A stretch of DNA of 64,000 nucleotides from assembly GCF_006345805.1 (NCBI RefSeq), contig NC_043006.1, positions 99,634,001 to 99,698,000 of the forward strand, read 5' to 3'. This document shows positions 54,200 through 64,000 of the stretch, piece after piece (within the stretch, counting starts at the first letter, position 1; every line of letters starts with the position of its first letter). Under the pieces are notes generated by a model. It ran no database searches and was not told where the DNA came from. It worked only from the letters and a program-made list of their open reading frames with translations. The position numbers and the translations under genes are program-made. The DNA comes from Octopus sinensis (Eukaryota).

Positions 54200-55605
54200 A
54201 TTGCAAACGAATATGACTTTATAACAACTGCGACATGATATTTTCCTTCGGTAAATTAATGGGAGGCCTGTGAAGATGTAATGTGTTGTTGCACCTAAGA
54301 AAATTTATGAAACATTCCAAGAATAAATTGGCAGACAGTACTACTTCTCCAGACAAAAGAGGTACTCATAAAAACCAAAGCCATCCCCGTTGGAAGAATA
54401 ATATTCAAGGCTGACACGATCTCTGCACTCCTTTTTCTGCTTGGCACTGACACCTTTATTTCACATGCCTAATAGAACTGGATGTGGATACAAATGATAC
54501 GGCAAAACAGTCAGCCATCTCTGGAATATGGATGATCTAAAACTGTACGCTAGAAACGATAAACTGCTTGAATCAGCACTACAGACAGTACATGGAAAAA
54601 CCAAAGAAAGAAACAACGAATTTGGCTTAGAGGAATGTGCAAAAGCAAACTTGAAAAGAGGAAAACTAGTTAAGAGTATTACTACCACACGAGATACATC
54701 AAATGAAATAAGAGTATTAGACCAACACCACAAAACACGAACAAAACAAAATACTGATTCAGTCTTACGGAAGCTGAAAAATATAAGAAACAACTACGAA
54801 GAAAAAGAAGATATAAAACAGAAGCAGTTAAACAACTGAAATCTAAAGTAAAACAGGAACAGAAGCAGATCATGATAAAACGATGGCAAGAAAAACACCT
54901 TCATGGCAAATATTTGGTTAAGCTAAGCAGAGAAAAAATAGACAAAGTAAAATCCCAACAATAGCTGAGAAAGTCAGGACTCAAATCAGAGACTTAAGGG
55001 CTTTTAATTGCAGCACGAGATCAACTGCAGAACAGAATATGTGGTGATGGAGAAGAAATGAGAGAGGTGGAACCTATATACACTTAAAGCTATGCTAACA
55101 CTACTGAATAATAACAGAAAAAAGATGGTATAGGCACACGCAAGAAAAGGTCTCAGAAAATTAGAGAGCAACCATCTTCTGTGATATGTCAATACACACA
55201 GATAGAGAAATGATGCCGGATATAGCTGTCAGAGATCACCGAGAAAGAATGCTTTCTAATCCATGTATCAATATAATGAGATGACTATATTACTCTAATA
55301 AAAAAAAACGGAGAAACCTATAAAATATAAAGATCTGGCAACAGAGGTAATTCGAATGTGGTTACAATTCCTGTCATAGTAGGCGCATCAGGTATGATAA
55401 AAAGCATTCCGACAAATATATATAAAAAAACTTATAAGATTATATATATACAGAAAATGCTACTACTTGGCACTGGACACATGCTACGTAAAACACTTTC
55501 AATACATGGAAAATAAGAGCATCACAACAAACCACAGAACGTACCCAAGGAAGACAGAGCTGCGCTGGGTAGTGCAGTGAAAGCCCGTGATAGAAATAAG
55601 ATTAA
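54200..55605 (+). mobile_element. R4/Dong-like retrotransposon remnant (RT, RLE, 3' UTR) with internal deletions
   Basis: IFKADTISALL (QGDxLSP-like), SHLWNMDDLKLY, FGLEECA, WQEKHLHG, GLKSET*GLLIAARDQ, PDIAV, KYKDLA, IPVIVGA, LLGTGHMLRKTL. Confidence 0.9.
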
Positions 55606-55654
55606 TCATCTACATTGTTTTGTTTGGTATAACAGAAGGTTATTAGTAATAATT

Positions 55655-56082
55655 CTACTCTGTACCTCAGATTTGCTTGTCACTTGTTTGTCCTTAACCA
55701 GTTGAGTATGTCCCTTCGTGGCTGACAATATATGCATCTCCGATCGCGAACAAAAGTAGTGGGGGAGCATCATAGCTATGTGTTGAGAAGAATTCTTTGG
55801 GGTTTTTATAATTCAACCGTGGAAACGTGTATTTCGTTCATCATCCTTAAACAAACTTTTCAGGGCATGGCTACTCAACCTGAAGAAAATTCTAACCGAG
55901 CCCCACTTGCGAGGTCATCTACCGTTTATCTTGATATAAGACCTTCATGTTGCGTACATATCATTATGATGCATGCACCCGGTGTAAACGTATGAGACGA
56001 GTAATCATGACGGGTATATTGGGCTTCACATAATTGTACCCCAGTGTCACTTTCATGGCACGTGCTGCTGTCTAACTCAATG
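55655..56082 (+). repeat. Unclassified non-coding repeat, copy 1
   Basis: 3' part aligns with 56461-56757. Confidence 0.8.
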
Positions 56083-56098
56083 CAATTTAACTTTTATA

Positions 56099-56330
56099 GG
56101 TGACGAGCTGGCAGAAACGTTAGCACGCCGGTCGAAATGCTTAGCCGTATTTCGTCTGCCGTTACGTTCTGAGTTCAAATTCTGCCGAGGTCGACTTTGC
56201 CTTTCATCCTTTCGGGGTCGATAAATTAAGTACCAGTTACGCACTGGAGTCGATGTAATCGACTTAATCCCTTTGTCTCTCCTTGTTCGTCCCCTCTATG
56301 TTTAGCCCCTTGAGGGTAATAAAGAAAAAA
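56099..56330 (+). mobile_element. SINE family A, full length
   Basis: A-box-like agctggcagaaacg, B box gagttcaaattc, central gcctttcatcctttcggggtcgataaattaagtaccag resembling the conserved Deu/Nin-type SINE domain. Confidence 0.92.
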
Positions 56331-56373
56331 TAATAATAATAATAATAGCAATAATAATAACAACAGCAACCGC

Positions 56374-56413
<40 letters not shown>

Positions 56414-56460
56414 TAATAATAATAATAATAATAACAATAATAATAGTGATAATAATAATA

Positions 56461-56756
56461 GGGTTTGAATAATTCACCTCTGGAAACATGGGTGGTTCTT
56501 TCAACATCCTTAAACAACCCTTATTCAGGGACCTTTTCAGCGGGATGGGCTACTCAACCTGAAGAAAATTCTAACAGGACCCCACCTGCAAGGTCATGTG
56601 CTGTTTATCTTGATATGAGATCACCATGTCACGAAAATATGGTTGTGATGAATGTGCCTGGTATACCCTTATCAGACGGGTAGTCATGATGGGTATATTG
56701 GGCTTTGTATATTTTACCCCAGTGTCACTTTGATGGCATGCACTGCTCTCTCACTC

Positions 56757-56757
<1 letters not shown>
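56461..56757 (+). repeat. Unclassified non-coding repeat, copy 2, inside (TAA)n
   Basis: Bounded by TAA tracts on both sides; ends ctctctcactc-aataat. Confidence 0.85.
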
Positions 56758-56790
<33 letters not shown>

Positions 56791-56791
<1 letters not shown>

Positions 56792-57198
56792 ACAGTCAGA
56801 AGGCCTGATATTTTAAGGAGGAAGATAGTAGATTACATCGATCTCAGTGTGTCCCTGGTATTTATTTTATCGATTCCAAAAGGATGAAAGGCAAAATCGA
56901 CATCGGTAGAATTTGAACTCCTAAGGTGAAGACGGACAAAATACCGATAAGCAGACCGCCCGGTCTGCTAATAATTCTACCATTTATCTTTTCTGCTGGA
57001 AGTAAAATGCCTTAAATTTGGAGGAAGGGATCAAGTCGATTACGTCGACCCCAGTGCGGAACTGTTGCAAATTTAATCGACACCGAAAAGATGAAAGGCA
57101 AAGTCGACCTCAGCAGAATTTGAACTCAGAACCTAACGACTGGCAAAATACCGCTCAACATTTCGTCCAGCCTGCTAACGATTCTTCCAGCTCACCGC
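56791..57198 (-). mobile_element. Two tandem SINE family A copies
   Basis: gatgaaaggcaaa.tcgac..cg...gaatttgaactc occurs at about 56883 and about 57090. Confidence 0.85.
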
Positions 57199-58136
57199 GT
57201 TAATGATAATACTAATGATTAATGATTACATTTATACTACTACTGTTACTACTACTACTACTACTACTACTAATAATAATAATATTAATAATAATAATAA
57301 TAATAATAATATACTATGGATTACTTAAGTGAATACGTAGTGTAGGCGGTTTTATCAACAACGTAGTAACATGGTGAAATATGCGGTCGCTGAACACCAA
57401 TAAAAATCCATCTGAACTCCCAAACACGCATGAGCGGACACTTGACTACCTAAATTATTTTATCATCTTAGAAACGCTTTGGAATGATAAAGAATATCGA
57501 TCTGATTGAAGGTCCATTTCATACAAATATCCGACAAGGACATTCTCCAACAGAACTTGCTAAGTCAACAAAATAGGAGGTAATTTAGAAAAAGAACTCA
57601 ATGAAGCGGCAAAATAACAAGGCATCGGGCGCCAAATTGACTGATATACGTGTCAGTAACTATATTTCTAACTCAATGCAAGGTGCTGAAAGGAAACACT
57701 GACATGAACATAGCATCTTTAGGTAATGTTTAAAAACTACAGACAGCAATCTTACAGATTTCCGTTGAAGCTAAATGTAGGAGAGTCAATATGTTCCCAA
57801 TATCAGGAACTAATATGGTAGGTTATATAAAACCAGTCTGTAGGAATATTTAAACTTTAAATACTTACAATTTAACTTAGATTCATGGCTGAAAACTAGA
57901 TTCATAATAGGCAGAACTTAGGCACAATATTGTTGATGCATTCTGAAAGTACTTTTTTTTTTAAAACGATAACTAGTAAAATGAATTATGCTATTTTGAA
58001 ATGATATATAGTAAAAAACGGTAGAGTGGTAGAGGCCGAAACCGGACGTGGTTCTCCCTGATGATGCCTTGAGCTAACTAGATCCTATAAAGGAGTTGTT
58101 GTGGTAACGGACCGCGAAACACGGTTGAAATTCCTC

Positions 58137-58292
58137 TGGTTACAATACCGGTGATTGTTGGAGCTCTTGGAATGATGAAAAAAGGAACTGAAACTTATTT
58201 GAAATTATCCGAGGCTCACAACCCATGCAGGAAATCCAAAAGACTGTCTTAACAAGTACGTTATATGTATTGAGCAGAGCATTGTCGCTGAG
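58137..58292 (+). mobile_element. R4/Dong-like C-terminal fragment
   Basis: VTIPVIVGALGMMKKG..EIQKTVLTSTLYVLSRALS. Confidence 0.8.
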
Positions 58293-58626
58293 AATGTTCT
58301 TTTTCCCCTCTATTTGTTTATTTTTCTATTTTCTATTTTTTTTCGTTTTACTCTCTGTCTTCCATTTTTTGTCTATCATATGATTCTGTAAATGAACAAT
58401 TTGGTGTGTTTGTTTTAATGGCCTAACGACAATGTATACAATACGTTCTTCTGTTATAGGTATCAAGAAGACACTCGCCAAGAAACGGACACAGAACTGA
58501 AAGATGCTAAAGAAAATAATAATAATATTGATGATGATGATGATGATAATAACAACAACAACAGCAACAACAACAACAACAACAATAATAATAATAATAT
58601 TAATAATAATAATAATTATTATTATT

Positions 58627-58657
<31 letters not shown>

Positions 58658-58671
58658 TATTATTATTATTA

Positions 58672-58710
<39 letters not shown>

Positions 58711-58717
58711 TATTATT

Positions 58718-59385
58718 ATGATAAACACAGCAGTAAGTGATAAGTGCAGAATCTGTGGAAAAAACGCTGAAACCGAATGGCATATTAGCAGCCACTGTAC
58801 GACATTAGCCCAGAAAGAATATAAGAGACGGCAAAACAATATAGCCAGGCTTGTCTAGTGGACACCTTGCAACAAGTATGTACTTGACAGTGCAAAAAAT
58901 TGGTACGACCACAAACCTGAAGACATCGTCGAAAATAGAAATGCCAAGATCCTATGTGATTTTATGGTTCAGTGCCACCATGAGATAGAGAATAGGAAGC
59001 CGGACATAGTGTTAATTGAGAAAGAAAGCAAACATAGATATAGCATGACCAGCTGACAACAAGTTATGCGATATGGAAGAAAGAAAAGTCAAGAGATATG
59101 AGAGGATAGCTTGGGAAGTTAAGCAGTTGTGGTCAATGAAAAAGGTAGTTGTAGTACCAATAATTGTCGGAGCCCTAGGTACAGTGAGCAAAAATCTCGA
59201 GAAGTACATGGAACAAATAGGGGCTGCAATAAGTGTGGAGCACTTGCAGAAAAACAGCACTGCTTGGAACTGATCGAATACTCCGGAAGGTGCTCGAAAA
59301 ATAAGAGGTGTTAACTTAGCTCACTGGTAGTAAACAGCTGACACTGTAGTACATCTCCAGCGTTAGAGGCTGTGCAAAGGCAATG
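58718..59385 (+). mobile_element. R4/Dong-like 3' fragment: CCHC knuckle, RLE, 3' UTR
   Basis: DKCRICGKNAETEWHISSHC, WYDHKP, RKPDIVLI, VVPIIVGALG, TALLGTDRILRKVL; preceded by (TTA)n and followed by (TAA)n. Confidence 0.92.
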
Positions 59386-59398
59386 AATAATAATAATA

Positions 59399-59453
<55 letters not shown>

Positions 59454-59460
59454 TATAATT

Positions 59461-59491
<31 letters not shown>

Positions 59492-59525
59492 TAATAATAA
59501 TAATAATAAAAATGATGATAATAAT

Positions 59526-59686
59526 AAGTGATCCAGAAAACAATATTTTTGGGTGCAGCTCGCATTACAAGGAGAGTATTGTCTCTTTGATTCACAGGAG
59601 GAGGCATTACTTGAAACCTTTGGTTATCTGTTATTGTCTGCTTTCAAGAAAAGATTAACCGGTAATTATGAATTATCCAAGTGTCT

Positions 59687-59688
<2 letters not shown>
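59526..59688 (+). mobile_element. R4/Dong-like extreme 3' end inside (TAA)n
   Basis: VIQKTIFLGAARITRRVLSL* plus a short UTR; TAA tracts on both sides. Confidence 0.75.
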
Positions 59689-59746
<58 letters not shown>

Positions 59747-61159
59747 GTAACAATAAATAAAGACAATGATGATGATGAATTAGCGACGACGAGAATAACA
59801 ACAACACTACTAATGATATCAATAAAATGTTAATTATAATTAAATCTAAGAAATGCATATATGTTTGTGGCATGTATACGTATGTGCATGTGTGCGTGTG
59901 TGTGTACATATCTGCGTGCGTACTCATATACATCCAAACACAGAGATAATGATATATATTGGAAACCATCAATACTAATATGAAGCATAAACAACTGTTA
60001 TATAACTGAAAACATGGAAATGAATTTATTGTTACATATATCAAATTATAGTAATATCCATTTGCATAAATATACAGAGTTAGTACTTCAGATGTGATCA
60101 TATAAAACTATGCACATAAAGTGATGTAGGATAGATAAAGAAAGAGTTATAGGCTAATTTTTTTTCAATTGGTTACAAAACTTTGCTTTCTATATGATAG
60201 TGTTTTCTGTTATATTTCTGTGTACTTGGCGAAATGGCATTATCTTGGAACACTATGCAACTGTAAAATTCGTAAAGACGAAGTTTGGTGGAGCTTCCTT
60301 GCAGCATTTACATTTTATCGATTCTCGTTACTTTAGTTCTTATCATTCGATCCATGTCCATCTTTATCAGTGAACACATCACACAGACACATCGGAAGTA
60401 TTCTTTTCTGAAGCATGCGACAATAAACAAAGGTGTATAAATTTACTTTTCCAGAAACAGATTTTACACAGCAATCTGACTTTTTATTCTTCGTTTCTAA
60501 CGACATCACATCAATGAAAATAATATAAAACAGAAAGATTAAGAGCTGCATTTTGTGAAGAAAATGTAATGGAGGAGATATAAAAATACGAGTCGACAGC
60601 TATTAAAAACAAGACAATCTGGTGACTTGCCGTACTTCAGTAGTGTTGTAGGCAGTATTTTTGCTTTCTTCCAAGAACTAGAAATGGATCGTAAAATTAT
60701 TGCCAGGAAGAAAGTAATAAGCGTAAACGTTATAACAAAGAAAGTACTTGTGAAAGGATAGAATTGTCAAGAACAAGGCGATTTCTTTGGTGATCTGTGG
60801 GGCGGTTAAACAGACACAAATTCCACTATTTCGTGTTTGTAACGAATATTTGTGCATCATTTGGAAGCATTGATTATCAATGTATAATATTTGTTCGTTT
60901 TCATAAATATGTGTCTATCTGCAAATTTCATCAACCATTTTTCTTTTTTAATCTGAAGGAGGGAACTTCAGGAAAAGAACTATAAATTGTAACATACGGT
61001 TTAAGAGAAACTAACAGTGGTCAGCTTCTCACATACCAGAACATCAACATTCCTACACACTGACGAACATATACACATATACATACATGCACACATACAC
61101 ATACATACAAACACAAGTACACACACAGCACATATGTGCATATTCATATATTTGTATGG

Positions 61160-61202
<43 letters not shown>

Positions 61203-61355
61203 TATATATATAATTATTTGAGGGAATATAAATCCAAATTTCCAGGGAAAAAAATTCAATTTAGAAATACTAAATCAAAATTCACACAATATAATATATA
61301 TATAAAATTAGAAAAAAACACCTTTTACCAATTCAAAATGAGCAATTAAATTACA

Positions 61356-61453
<98 letters not shown>

Positions 61454-61554
61454 GTAAAAAGGGTAATAAAATAAATTATTATTACCGGTGATCTAGCACA
61501 AAAGACAAATTAGCCATTAGGCTATATGTTATTCATTTATAAGTACATTAAAAG

Positions 61555-61710
61555 GCCTCTAAAAGAAGAAGCAAGTACTAGATACACAAAATGTGGATAA
61601 ATTCAATGAAATGAAAATCAAAAACGTTTACAAACAAACGTTTTTGATTTTCATTTCATTGAATTTATCCACGTTTTGTATATCTAGTACTTGCTTCTTC
61701 TTTTAGAGGC
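61555..61710. repeat. Foldback palindrome, 75-bp arms, 6-nt loop
   Basis: 2 mismatches between arms; lies in a short element between (TA)n tracts. Confidence 0.95.
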
Positions 61711-61771
<61 letters not shown>

Positions 61772-63274
61772 GCAAACATCTAAACACTCTGTACTTGCTT
61801 AAGATTTCTGGCCGTCTTATATTTTCGTTTTATATAGAGTTGGGACCAACAGAAGATTTGCATGTATTTTACAAAGTTAAATATAGCCAGGCCATCGAAC
61901 AAGTACTACTCCTCTACAACGCCTGAAGGTTCTCTACTATATATAACAATTCAACTCTGAAGACTGATACTGTGTCTTCGTTAATTGTATGAACACGAAT
62001 GGTGTACATAACGCCTGACGATATTCTCACTCTCTGAGACAGATTTAATGAGTTTGAAGTTGAGAAGATTGTCATCAAGATTAGGAAATGCAGGCGTGAT
62101 TCGAAGACAAATCCGTATCGCGATAAAAGAAATTTTGTAGTACGTATATATTTCAATCTATGGGATTAAAAAGCAGCAAAGATGAAGTGGAAAAGAAAAT
62201 AATAAAAAAAAGACCAGTGAGGTTTACATGCCTGTAGTGTAGATCTACTAGGGACTGTATTTGACTAGTAGTAATTGTATGTCATTGAATATTGGAATAT
62301 TATCTCATTTATGAATTTATATTGATGGTATTTAAATTCAGAGAATAAGGCCATTAATTTTCCAAAGCGGAACATTTGGGCAGATGTTGTTCATAGTCTC
62401 TTAAGGTGCTACTTCGGTTGATTCTGAAGTGAAGTGTGAATTTGGTGTACGTTGAATATGGGATCTGTGAAATGATTCAGAAGTAACGGTGTGAATGAAA
62501 TAATCAAGTTTGCGTGTTGAAAATTTAGATACCTAACTGAAATGAAAGGGCTTTGGGTTTGGAACCTGTTCGTTAGAACCCGGACTCAACAAGAAGTTTC
62601 TGCTTTCTCTCATCAAACGTAGCAGCATCATTAATACCAGCACCTACCAAAGAAGGTGCCGTTAAACGGTGACTCAAATACAGTGGTTTTCAACGTTTTA
62701 AACTAAGAACAATTTATGTTGTCCAAGGAAAAGTAATAAACAGTCTTTGATTATAGCTCTGTTCAATCGTGGTTGATGAGTGCTAAGAATCAAGAATAAC
62801 AATAACAACTAGCAATTACTGTTATATATAGTGAAGCATAGGAATGACAATATCGGAGCGTGGGACTAAATCTAATAGATTATAGAGATTAATCCATGTA
62901 GTTTTGAAGTACTACATAATTTGATATTCGTTTCCATATCTCTCAGGTGAAATGCGTTATTGCTTAAATGCACTAAGCTAACTTCACTCAACGATACTGC
63001 ATACATGAAACGTTATGATGTACCGAAATCATTGCTCGGTAAATATTAATGTCGATCGTTTATCGCCTTGACGTGCAGGTATGAATTTATGGTAGGGGAA
63101 TACGTGAAAGTCATGCCATTCCCAAGAGCACTATCAAAACATTGTAGTTGATTACATGACATCAAAACATCAAACAGATTGTAAAGACAATGTTACGTAA
63201 TTTTCCTTTTCTTCTCGAATGTCAAGTTTACAACGATTTCTTTCAACGCATGCCAAAGGAATGTAAATTCAATT

Positions 63275-63632
63275 TAGAAGCTTGCTTCGTAACTACGCGG
63301 CTTCAGGTTCAGCCCCATTGCACAGCACCTATCGCAGATGTCTTCTGATATAGCCGCGGGTCAACCAATGACTGTTGAGTTTGGTTGACAGAAACTGTGT
63401 GATGTATGTACGTTCACGTTCTTGCGTACATGTGTACGAGTTTGTGTAATAAATATCTCTAGACAAGTGTTGTTCCTGGTTTACATTTCCGTAAATAAGT
63501 GTTTCTCTAAGATATGGATAAAGCAAGTGACAGATTTCAGATAAGTACTGGAGTTGAGGTAATCGCTTAAAACTGTCAGCGCATGTGCCCCAGCAAAACC
63601 CCAGTGTAATGTATGGAACAAGTAAACAAAAA
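63275..63632 (+). mobile_element. Decayed SINE family B
   Basis: agaagcttgcttc...ggttcagccccattgc...gtcttctgatatagcc; 3' gccccagca...gaacaagtaaa. Confidence 0.7.
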
Positions 63633-64000
63633 CAGACGATATTTTTGACAGAAAGTATTGAATATTCTTATTGGCGACAACTGGTCATACATTTATTATG
63701 GTGTTGAGTCGATATCATCGATTCCCTATTTCATTGACCTGCCTCTGTTTTATGGAACCATAGTGAATGGAAGATAAAGTCTAATACGGAAACATTTTTT
63801 ACTCGGAAAGTAAAAGATGAAATCATAAGTAAATTGCGCCGACGACCACCATAAAAATTATGAATTCTAGAATCAGTAGAGTTCAGTAAGTTTTTGAATG
63901 ATACTCTGTGGGTTTCAGCGTCCTCTAAGAATAACTACTACGTAAATGGGATGACGTAACTCGAACTTCGAACATAAATTGACGCAATTAACCCCGGCAC

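Noticed and set aside
57320-57900. Possible decayed RT N-terminus (MKRQNNKASG)
   Set aside because: Motifs too eroded to call by eye.
62681-62700. cagtggttttcaac resembling a hAT/Charlie TIR
   Set aside because: No partner TIR or 8-bp TSD found.

Overview
AT-rich, microsatellite-dense eukaryotic intergenic or intronic DNA. The SINE families and simple-repeat load resemble an octopus/cephalopod genome (inference from recalled sequences, not a search). I found no convincing host protein-coding gene: nearly all listed ORFs are microsatellite read-throughs or transposon fossils. The window holds six mariner remnants, several R4/Dong-like retrotransposon fragments in (TAA)n tracts, CR1/L2- and RTE-type LINE fragments, two Helitron 3' ends and many tRNA-derived SINEs from three families. 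The most notable signal is a set of short non-coding elements with Penelope-type minimal hammerhead ribozyme (HHR) motifs. One is a tRNA-headed SINE-like element with an intact HHR core, paired with an inverted second HHR (28.7-29.2 kb). Another is a 1.1-kb inverted-repeat element whose two arms together give an intact long-stem-II HHR consensus (30.5-31.6 kb). Several foldback palindromes are centred on HHR-like half-motifs. Boundaries were read by eye and are approximate unless motif-anchored.
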